Positions 23,019 to 31,784 of a stretch of 64,000 nucleotides of DNA are shown piece by piece. This DNA comes from Diplonema japonicum. Lineage: Eukaryota > Protista > Euglenozoa: Diplonemea. The stretch is taken from assembly GCA_964019335.1 (NCBI GenBank), contig OZ025666.1, positions 1-64,000 of the forward strand. Direction: 5' to 3'. Every line of letters starts with the position of its first letter. The stretch's first letter is position 1. Below the pieces are notes generated by a model. That model searched no databases. It was given only the letters and a program-made list of their open reading frames with translations, and was not told the DNA's origin. The translations under genes and the position numbers were made by a program.

Positions 23019-26000
23019 ATGGCATCAAGTGTACGTGATGACGGAGATGAGCCCCTGTTGACGGTTAGATGTGCAGAAGATGAGCCCACAATGTTCTGGA
23101 AGTCATACTTGTCTGACTGTCCCAAGCTGCTGGAACTGACTACTGACAGGCCTCGTGTAGCGGGAACACCAAGCAATCAAAGTAGCGGCTGTACAAACTT
23201 CACAATTGACGTATCACTGTTACAGGGATTGAGGGGACTCGCGAACACAATTGGAAAATGTAGCGTCTGGAATATACTCCTCGTTTCATGGAACATACTC
23301 CTTGCAAGATACTCGAGGATGACGGACGTGATAGTGGGTGTCCCCGTCAAGAATAACGAAGGCACGAAAAGGCTCATTCCTGTCAGAACGGAGCTAACGT
23401 CCTCCTCTTGCAACGCAACTATCCTGCACTCCACAGTCGACCTCATCGACATCTTAACCAATAAGCAGGTGCTGACACTTGAGGACGTGATTACTATTAC
23501 ATCAACCGAGCAGTCTGACTCCTACACGCCCCTATTCCAGTCTTTGTTCTCGTGCGACTACGACGGGCTGGAAGAGGGTTTTGCATGGACACCGACAGTG
23601 CTTCCACCTCGGAAAGGTGTAGGGTACGATCTGGAGTTGCACCTTTGCACAACTCCGTCAACAGCCACCCCTTTACGACTGCCAAACATCAGCTTTTCAC
23701 GCAAGACAACAGAACTGCACGCTGCCATAAAGTACCGTTCCTGTCTCTTCAACAAACACACTATGAAATGCTTATCTTCTCACTTCCTCTTCTTCCTCCG
23801 AAAACTGGTCTCTTCAGAAGGAAAAACTCCTTGGAGAAATGTGCCACTAATGAACAGTGAGGAACATGAAGAAGTGATTCACAGCTTAAATAATACTTAT
23901 GCTCCCTTTCCGCAATGCTGTATTCACGATTTATTCGAGGAACAAGCTTTGAAGCACCCAAATCGTCCCTGTGTTATCTACGAAGGGGCAACGTGGTCGT
24001 ACAAGAGTGTGTATCAGAAAGCTCTTGTAATTGCTAAGAAGTTAACGGCTTTGTCTGTGTTGACAGATACGGCTGTCCCACTGCTGATGGTGAGGTCTGA
24101 TCTTCTCACGATAAGCATCTACGGGATACTATTTAGCGGTGGGGCGTACGTTCCTCTTGACGTAGACTACCCGAGCGAGCGGCTGCAACATATCGTGGAT
24201 GATTGCAAAGCCACCATTCTAGTAACTACAACGTCCATGCAAAGCAAGGTGCCCAGTACTTTCACAGGCTCTGTTGTTTATGTTGACGATTTGCTGGAAA
24301 CTACGGCAGCCCCCGACGACATCTTAGCTGCTGCACGGGAGCGGCGAACGACTTCAACACAAGAACCCGACTCCTTAGTCTACATCTTCTACACTAGCGG
24401 CACGACTGGCAACCCAAAAGGTGTAGAAGTTACCCACAAAGGCTTGGTTAAAAGAATAGCCTGGTTCCAAGAGACCTATGCACTGACACCTTCCGACCGC
24501 GTTATAAACAAGACGCCTTACGTGTTCGGAATATCTGAGTGGGAATTCTTCTGGCCACTTCCGTGTGGTTCCACTCTGGTTGTAGCCAAAGAGGGAGGTC
24601 AGAAGGATCCCGATTATCTGCTGCAACTCACAAAAGAACAGAAGATCACAGTTTCGACATATGTGCCCTCAATGCTTTCCCTAACAATCGACTACATGAA
24701 GGGAGAAGGTGCCAACTACTCGACAGACATGCGACTCGTGATCTGCTGCGGCGAGGCGCTACCTATTGACGTGTGCTACAAGTTCTTCGAGGTCTTTGCA
24801 CCTGACAAGGCAAAACTACACAACCTCTACGGCCCCACCGAAGCAGACATGACCTACTGGGAATGCCCCCCGTTGGTGCCAGGCGAGCACCCGCGAAAAC
24901 TTAAGAAGATTCCTATTGGTCTCCCAATGTCAAACGTCAAGGTGTACGTGCTCGACGAGATGCAAAACCCTGTGCCTGCTGGTGTTCCTGGTGAACTGTA
25001 CTTCGGAGGTGCTACAACAGCAAAAGGATACCTTGGGCTTCCGGAACTGACTGCTGAGAAATTTCTTGACAACCCTTTCAAGACAAAGAATGACGGAACT
25101 AAGATGTACAGGACCGGTGATTGCGTGAGGTGGTTGCCTGATAAGTCCAACTTGGAGTTCCTTGGCAGAATAGACAACCAAGTCAAGTTGCGTGGCTTCC
25201 GAATTGAACTAGGTGAGATCGAAGCAGTACTGTGCAATTGCCAAGGTGTGGGTAAGGCAGCGGTCATCGTGACAGGGAACCAAGCTGCCTCACAGAGACT
25301 TGTTGCTTACATCTCTCCAGACTCTGCCAACATCGCGTCCGTTGAGAGCGAGATCAAGAAAAAGCTCCCTGAATACATGATGCCATCCATCATCATGGCT
25401 ATACCTGAAATGCCACTAACCTCAAGAGGTAAACTTGACAGAAAGGCGTTGCCGGCCCCTGTTGCAGCCCCGTCAGCAACGGTTGCTACGGCAGGCGAGC
25501 CAGGTTTTGCTGGGGCCGTCACTGACATGCAAAAAGCGGTTGAAAATGTTTGGCAAAAGGTGTTGAACATCGATGAACCTCTCAGTATTCATCAAGATTT
25601 TGTCCTTTTAGGGGGTAACTCCCTTCTCGCGGGACGAGCGACTACTGAGATCCGGCTTGCGACTAAGTCGCCCATCCCCGCTACGGCCATGTATACACAC
25701 TCGACTGTCGCTCGGATTGCGGAAGTTTGCGAGGCGAACTTGGTCAGGGACCTGGTTCCGCATGGTGAGGCTGTTGGAGGAAACTATGGAAAGCCCTACT
25801 ACGGAATGGAGCCTTCTGCTTTCAAGATGCTGATACAATTCTTAGGCATGATCGCGTCCTTGTTTGTTGGGCAAGCATCCTTCATTCCGGGTTGGGTCTT
25901 TCTCTACACTTACTATAGCGAGCATGGGTCCCTGTGGTGTAGTATTGCTGTGGCACCGGTTTTAGCTCTCACTGTTATGTGTGTGACACTGTACACTGTA

Positions 26001-28067
26001 GTTATGAAGCGCCTCGTGATGTGGCAAACTGTACCTGGAAGATACCCGGTGTACAGCTGGTACTACATCAGGTGGTGGTTTGTCGCAAACTTAGTGAGAA
26101 ATACAAACCACCTAATCGGTCCCTTTGCCGAGGGCACTGAAATCTTCAACACCTACCTGAGACTGCTAGGGGCTAAGATCGGCGACAGGGCAGACATCCA
26201 CACAGATGAAATCGACGATCCGGACCTGCTCACAATCGGAAGCGATACTGAAATAGAAAGAAAAGCTGTTGTGATGGGCCATGCAATTGAGAATGGTCTT
26301 CTGATACTCCTGCCAGTCGAAATCGGCTCCGATTGCAGGGTGCAACCTGCAGCTCATGTGACACAAGGAACACGAATTCCAGATGGCTCGACGGTGGGAC
26401 CGTTGTCCACAACAGGGTGCGGAAGCCACCGCAACATCATAAAGCACGAGGGAGGACCGGCCCGTATACCTTACACACCAACGCAGAATGTTGTTAGAAT
26501 GTTGTTTGGCGTACCTACGTTGTTTATACTTGAGGCAATAGCTGCTTATCCGTGCATCCTGTTTGTGGAGTGGCTATGGTACTCCGGACTATCTCTTGAA
26601 GGGGACGCTAAATACTATGTGTTCTGCTTCCTGTTGGCTTGGCTTTACAAGTTCATGCTCCCTGATACAATGTTTGTTCTTGTTCTCTTGCTGAAGTACA
26701 CTGTAATCGGCAAATCCAAAGCTGGCATTCGAACTTACCATTTCTGGGATGAATACAAGCGCTGGCTGTGGGAGAGACTGATTAAGACAAAGTACTTCGA
26801 AGAATCCCTCGAACCGTGGATAAACACAGAGATCCTGTCCTGCAAGTACCGCCTTCTTGGTGCGCAGTTTGGCTACAAAGTTCACGCCGACTTCATCGAC
26901 ATGGTGGAGCATGACCTTGTCACTGTGGGCTCTAACGCCGTGTTCGGGAGCAAAGTTGTCATCAACACGACAGATCATGTCGAGTCACGTCCTGTGGTGG
27001 TACAGATGCAGGGACAGATATTGGATCATACGATTCTCATGCCTGGTGTGATTGTGGGTGAGGGTGCTTTGTGCGGAAGTAGTACAGTTGGCTCGAAGTT
27101 CCACCAGTTCGCCCCTCACTCCATCAACACTGGAAACCAAAATGGCAGACCGGTGCAGCTACGAGTGAAACACGACGTTTCTGCCAATGGAGGACTGTCA
27201 CATCTTCCAGAAAAAGAGCGTCTATTGGCGCTTGAAGGGCTTGCTAACCACCACTCGCACCTGAAATGGGGCCTCTTCAACCTATTCAACATCTTCGTCG
27301 TCTTAGTTATCTTCGCTCTGCCTGCTATTATCGAGCTGCTCAGTGTCTTGATATGGTTCTGGCTCCAGGAACAGCCGTTGTTCAACACCAACGGTTGGGG
27401 TACGTTCTTGTGCTTGTTGGCAACGCCACCGATTTATCAGATTTTGTACATGGGGGAAGGCATGCTGGTGACCCTCATTAAATGGGCACTTGTTGGGAAA
27501 TACAAGGAAGGTGACTACCCTTTTTATGGTACATACCACAAAAAGTGGGTGGTAATGATGACATGCAAGCTAGTGATGAACCACATTGTAGAAGAAATGA
27601 ACGGTACACCTTTCATCACGTGGTTCATGAGGCTGAATGGTGCAAAGATAGGAAAGCAGGTTGTGTGTTTTGGCGATGCTCTAGAGTATGACCTTCTAGA
27701 GATCGACGACTACAGCTGCATCGGCGAGAGGTGTGATATCACGTGTCACACGGTTGAGAACATGGTGATCAAGACTGCCCCAGTTCGCATTGGGAAGCAG
27801 TGTTCTCTGCGTGTAGGTGCATTTGTCATGCCTGGTGGTTCCATGCAAGAAGGGTCAGTGTTGATGGAAGCATCACAGGTTTTAAAAGGCGAAACTGTCG
27901 CTCCTGGTGCTGTGTATGCTGGCCAGCCTGCCGAACCTACCATACGAACGCTACCCGAACTGGCTCCGAACAGCACAACTTGCGACGATTACATCAAGGA
28001 AGAGTTCGGTTCCCCTTTATCCCAACATGTGGCAATCGAGCTCCAACAGATTACTGAAGCTTTCTAG
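23019..28067 (+). CDS. Single-module NRPS-like enzyme: partial C domain - A - T - membrane-embedded triple-repeat terminal domain (poly-lysine synthetase Pls/TIGR02353 type)
   Basis: LELTTDRPR C-lobe; YTSGTTGNPKG, NLYGPTE, YRTGD, GRIDNQVKLRGFRIELGEIE, GKLDR; T domain GGNSL; three TM+hexapeptide repeats (RLLGAKIG, RLLGAQFG, RLNGAKIG); intronless. Confidence 0.92.
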   Translation: MASSVRDDGDEPLLTVRCAEDEPTMFWKSYLSDCPKLLELTTDRPRVAGTPSNQSSGCTNFTIDVSLLQGLRGLANTIGKCSVWNILLVSWNILLARYSRMTDVIVGVPVKNNEGTKRLIPVRTELTSSSCNATILHSTVDLIDILTNKQVLTLEDVITITSTEQSDSYTPLFQSLFSCDYDGLEEGFAWTPTVLPPRKGVGYDLELHLCTTPSTATPLRLPNISFSRKTTELHAAIKYRSCLFNKHTMKCLSSHFLFFLRKLVSSEGKTPWRNVPLMNSEEHEEVIHSLNNTYAPFPQCCIHDLFEEQALKHPNRPCVIYEGATWSYKSVYQKALVIAKKLTALSVLTDTAVPLLMVRSDLLTISIYGILFSGGAYVPLDVDYPSERLQHIVDDCKATILVTTTSMQSKVPSTFTGSVVYVDDLLETTAAPDDILAAARERRTTSTQEPDSLVYIFYTSGTTGNPKGVEVTHKGLVKRIAWFQETYALTPSDRVINKTPYVFGISEWEFFWPLPCGSTLVVAKEGGQKDPDYLLQLTKEQKITVSTYVPSMLSLTIDYMKGEGANYSTDMRLVICCGEALPIDVCYKFFEVFAPDKAKLHNLYGPTEADMTYWECPPLVPGEHPRKLKKIPIGLPMSNVKVYVLDEMQNPVPAGVPGELYFGGATTAKGYLGLPELTAEKFLDNPFKTKNDGTKMYRTGDCVRWLPDKSNLEFLGRIDNQVKLRGFRIELGEIEAVLCNCQGVGKAAVIVTGNQAASQRLVAYISPDSANIASVESEIKKKLPEYMMPSIIMAIPEMPLTSRGKLDRKALPAPVAAPSATVATAGEPGFAGAVTDMQKAVENVWQKVLNIDEPLSIHQDFVLLGGNSLLAGRATTEIRLATKSPIPATAMYTHSTVARIAEVCEANLVRDLVPHGEAVGGNYGKPYYGMEPSAFKMLIQFLGMIASLFVGQASFIPGWVFLYTYYSEHGSLWCSIAVAPVLALTVMCVTLYTVVMKRLVMWQTVPGRYPVYSWYYIRWWFVANLVRNTNHLIGPFAEGTEIFNTYLRLLGAKIGDRADIHTDEIDDPDLLTIGSDTEIERKAVVMGHAIENGLLILLPVEIGSDCRVQPAAHVTQGTRIPDGSTVGPLSTTGCGSHRNIIKHEGGPARIPYTPTQNVVRMLFGVPTLFILEAIAAYPCILFVEWLWYSGLSLEGDAKYYVFCFLLAWLYKFMLPDTMFVLVLLLKYTVIGKSKAGIRTYHFWDEYKRWLWERLIKTKYFEESLEPWINTEILSCKYRLLGAQFGYKVHADFIDMVEHDLVTVGSNAVFGSKVVINTTDHVESRPVVVQMQGQILDHTILMPGVIVGEGALCGSSTVGSKFHQFAPHSINTGNQNGRPVQLRVKHDVSANGGLSHLPEKERLLALEGLANHHSHLKWGLFNLFNIFVVLVIFALPAIIELLSVLIWFWLQEQPLFNTNGWGTFLCLLATPPIYQILYMGEGMLVTLIKWALVGKYKEGDYPFYGTYHKKWVVMMTCKLVMNHIVEEMNGTPFITWFMRLNGAKIGKQVVCFGDALEYDLLEIDDYSCIGERCDITCHTVENMVIKTAPVRIGKQCSLRVGAFVMPGGSMQEGSVLMEASQVLKGETVAPGAVYAGQPAEPTIRTLPELAPNSTTCDDYIKEEFGSPLSQHVAIELQQITEAF

Positions 28068-28533
28068 GCTCAAATGTTTCTTTTCGTCACTTGCAGCGTG
28101 CATCTAGCCTCCCTCCTGCACGTCCAACAGCGACAGCGTCGATACAGCAGCAACTACGGTTACGCCGCCCTGAACTGCCCATTATCCTTCCTATCCAAGC
28201 CCATGGGTCCTAAATGGCATTCGCTTGTTATTCAAAAGATCCGTATAAACATTTTGGCGCTTAGATACGTGTTGGATGGCAAATAATCTATGCTATTAGG
28301 GCATGTACCCTTACTCATAATTGCTCTCTTCCTTTTTTCACCACCTTGTCTACCAACCAGTTTGCCACGCGGCAGATGCTTATTGGCCGCAACTCAAATT
28401 TGAACATCAAACGAGTGGCCGCTGGTTGGGATGTGAAGTACGTGTTGCTGTTTATTCGAATATTATATAACTCCTTGCCCCACAAAACAGCACTGTGCAA
28501 CATCATATTACAGATTTTACTAACTACACAAAC

Positions 28534-30606
28534 ATGGGTTGCTCACAGTCACTTGAAGATGGAGACCAGCTTGTGGTGAAGGACATGCAGAACAAAAAGT
28601 CTGTGATCAACGGGCCCGGTCGGAAGTACGTCGGCCTCATGACGTCAGTGGTTGCTGTAAGGAGTGCCATCGTTCTGAAGGACAAGGAATATGCAAAGAT
28701 CGCCGACGTATTGACTGGCAAGAAGCGAATCTCACTTGGACCCAGCATGTTGCAGCTTGAAGCCAATGAGAAAATTATTGAGCAGGCACAGCTGCCTGTG
28801 CTTGAAACCGGGATGTACTGTATCATCAAAGATGCAAGCACAGGGTTGGTGCGCACAGTAAATGGTCCTGAGAGTGTCGCGCTGGGGGTGCATGAAAAAA
28901 TCTACGGAGACATCAAGAGGTCACCTGTACTGGCGCAGGGGCAGTACTGTAAAGTGCATGATCTCGAGGCAGGTACCGTGCGCATGGTGTGTGGGCCGCG
29001 TATCTTGAACCTTGGTCCGCACGAAGAGGCTAGTCGCACTTACGCCTTGCCCATTCTGCAGCACGGCGAATACTGCAAAATCTGCAACACACAAACTGGT
29101 GAAATGCACATTGTGATTGGCCCCGCTGTCCCTGAACTTGGCCCCCACGATGTTGTGCAGAGTGGCACCAAGAAGCTGCCTTTGCTGGAACGCGGAGAGT
29201 ACTGCAAGGTCCACAACGAAACCAACGGATCAGTCCGTGTCGTGTTTGGTCCCAGTGTTGTGGAGTTGGATGCTTATGAAGAACCGACGACCGAAGGTGT
29301 GAGGCGATGCCCTGACCTCTCTGGTGAGGAGTATCTTGTTGTGAGGGACGAAAGCGTGGGGACCCTTAGGAATGTTGTAGGCCCGATGCTGTTCATGCCT
29401 GGACCCTTTGATGTCTTTCAGCAACCGAAGAAAGTTATCAACTTGCAGAAGAACGAGTATATCAAGACACGTGACAGCGAGGGAAACATCCACATCCAAA
29501 GGGGTGAGGCACGTGTTATCCCTGACCCGCTCGACGTTGTCTACAAGAAGCAGGAGGCCATTAACATCGATACCCACAACGCGGTTCTTCTCCGCAACAC
29601 TGACATTGGCACCCTGGAGTTGATCACTCAGCATGGCTTGTTCTTGCCTTCTGCATTGCAGGAGATAGTTGAGGAGCAGACGAAGATCGTCCTCGACAAG
29701 TACCAGACTGTTGTCTGCAAGGACGAGTCGGGTAGGTTCTACTACGCGAAGGGCGACACGGAGCTGCCGGAGAGCGAACGTGGCCCTGGTCCTGACTTCT
29801 TCCTCCCCCCTTACCATTCCATCGTGAAGCAATCGTGGTCAACGGACTTGAGGAAAGAGCACAGCACCTTCGAAGACGTATGGCTATTCGACTCGAGACC
29901 CGCGTACATGAACTACGAATTCGAGTGCCGCACATTGGACAACGTGACTCTCATTATCGACGTGACCTTCTTCTGGGCCATCATCGATGTCAAAGCAATG
30001 GTCGAGAACACCACTGATGCTCCGGGCGACACATGCACCCACGCCAGGTCAACGATCATTCAGAAGATCAGCCAGATCAAGCTCATGGATTTCCTTTCAA
30101 ACTTCAACGACATCATCAAGTCTGCATGCTTGGACGACCCCTTCTACCTCGCGAGGGGCGTCGACTTGAAGTCTGTTGAAGTCCTGAAGTTCGAATGTGA
30201 AAATCAAGAAACGAACGTTATTCTGCAGGAGATCATCAAAGAGACGTGTGACAGGATGCGACATAAAGAGCGCCAGAGGGGTGAGAACGAGGTTGCTCTC
30301 GAGAAGCTGGAGGGTGAGATTCAGGAAGAGAAGAAGAAGCAGCAACTGATTGAAGTCAAAAAATCTCACTTGAAGGTGGAAGCCAAGATCGAGGGCGAAG
30401 CAAAGGGCGCAAGGATTGGTGAGTTCATTAGCCATCTTGCGTGCTCACAGGTGGGGAACAAAGAGCTTGGAATCGAACAAGCGCTTGGGCTGTACAGCGT
30501 CCTTGAGAAATACGACCACCAGCTCAAGTCAAACGCTGCTGTCGCACGCGGCAACGCTCAGTTGTACGTCCTCCCTGGCGATGTGAATCTCAACCTCAAA
30601 GGCTGA
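28534..30606 (+). CDS. Major-vault-protein-like protein: ~41-aa MVP-type repeats, SPFH/shoulder domain, short coiled coil
   Basis: Repeats LxxGEYCKxxxxxxGxVRxVxGP; DVTFFW...GDTCTHARSTIIQKIS; N-terminus MGCSQS. Confidence 0.7.
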   Translation: MGCSQSLEDGDQLVVKDMQNKKSVINGPGRKYVGLMTSVVAVRSAIVLKDKEYAKIADVLTGKKRISLGPSMLQLEANEKIIEQAQLPVLETGMYCIIKDASTGLVRTVNGPESVALGVHEKIYGDIKRSPVLAQGQYCKVHDLEAGTVRMVCGPRILNLGPHEEASRTYALPILQHGEYCKICNTQTGEMHIVIGPAVPELGPHDVVQSGTKKLPLLERGEYCKVHNETNGSVRVVFGPSVVELDAYEEPTTEGVRRCPDLSGEEYLVVRDESVGTLRNVVGPMLFMPGPFDVFQQPKKVINLQKNEYIKTRDSEGNIHIQRGEARVIPDPLDVVYKKQEAINIDTHNAVLLRNTDIGTLELITQHGLFLPSALQEIVEEQTKIVLDKYQTVVCKDESGRFYYAKGDTELPESERGPGPDFFLPPYHSIVKQSWSTDLRKEHSTFEDVWLFDSRPAYMNYEFECRTLDNVTLIIDVTFFWAIIDVKAMVENTTDAPGDTCTHARSTIIQKISQIKLMDFLSNFNDIIKSACLDDPFYLARGVDLKSVEVLKFECENQETNVILQEIIKETCDRMRHKERQRGENEVALEKLEGEIQEEKKKQQLIEVKKSHLKVEAKIEGEAKGARIGEFISHLACSQVGNKELGIEQALGLYSVLEKYDHQLKSNAAVARGNAQLYVLPGDVNLNLKG

Positions 30607-30833
30607 TGACATGCGGGAAAAAAAAAATTTAAAAAAAAAAATGAACACATTAACATTTTCTTATTCCAACTTAGTATTAACTAACCTTTTCACCCATTAA
30701 CTGCCACAACCAAAACAGTTTATATTCCCCTCTTTTGTTTGATGCAAAAGGCAGTGCATCTCTTTTTCCCATTTTCTTCTTCTTTTTTTATTTCTTTTTT
30801 TCGTCTTGCCCTGCTACATCTCATCTCCAGGCG

Positions 30834-31523
30834 ATGGATGCACCGGAGCAGTTGAAAGATGTGGATGTTGGCTCACTCCCCATGTCGCTGTCGAGTCAGG
30901 GTTTCTTGCAGTTTAAGAACGACACTTCAGAGCTGTACAGGAGCCTGCTGGTGAAATGGAGGAATGAGACCGGTTCGCCAGAGTTATTGCAATATTGGGA
31001 CAAGATAGACGAGGTAAAGCGAATAGTGACACAGTTCGAAGACCTAGTGATTGACTCGGAGGCACTGGGATCAACGTTGCCTTTTGGGGTGGACGTGTTG
31101 TTTAAATGTGAAGCAGAGAGAATGAAGTATATGTTGCTGGAGTACCTGAGAATACGTCTAGCCAAGATAGAGACTTTCTCAGGATGGCTCCTGGAGGACG
31201 CCACTGAAAGGCGCTCGCTGATGTCGCCGGCAGAGTTGATGTTCTGTGTGAAGTTCGAAGCTATGCAGAGACAGCTCACTGCAAGTGTTGTGGACGACGT
31301 CTTGGAAGGCCTCCCTGCAGCCCTCATCTCCCACGACACCGCACGCTCCAAGCAACAGCCTAACTCAGCAACACACATCTTCGCTCAGTTCACGGAGACT
31401 GTGCATGACGTTACGCTAGATCCTGCTATGGAGTCCACTACCATCGAAGCAGGCGAGCTGTACGTGATACCCTACAGCTCGGTCAAACAATACATCGACG
31501 AAGGCAAAGCTGTGATTGTGTAA
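30834..31523 (+). CDS. GINS4: GINS complex subunit Sld5
   Basis: WRNETGSPELLQY, EAERMKYMLLEYLRIRLAKIE, LMSPAE, C-terminal YVIPYSSVKQYIDEGKAVIV. Confidence 0.9.
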   Translation: MDAPEQLKDVDVGSLPMSLSSQGFLQFKNDTSELYRSLLVKWRNETGSPELLQYWDKIDEVKRIVTQFEDLVIDSEALGSTLPFGVDVLFKCEAERMKYMLLEYLRIRLAKIETFSGWLLEDATERRSLMSPAELMFCVKFEAMQRQLTASVVDDVLEGLPAALISHDTARSKQQPNSATHIFAQFTETVHDVTLDPAMESTTIEAGELYVIPYSSVKQYIDEGKAVIV

Positions 31524-31784
31524 CGTTGTCCACAGCGACGGAGTAGTGGTCGTTGCACTTCCTGGAAATAAAAAGAAAAGAGAAACACTTTATTTTCTGC
31601 CCAGGGATGTTTCGTCTGTTTTTTTTCCACTTATTACTTACATACCTAGATGCTTGCATGTAATCACAAGTGAACCTCTATGGAAGTTCCTATGGATCTA
31701 TTTTCTTTTTTCAAGGGGCTTCGCTTGGTGTTCAGGACAATCTATTTTTTCCGGTTCAAACTGCCACATCAGAGTAACACAAAA

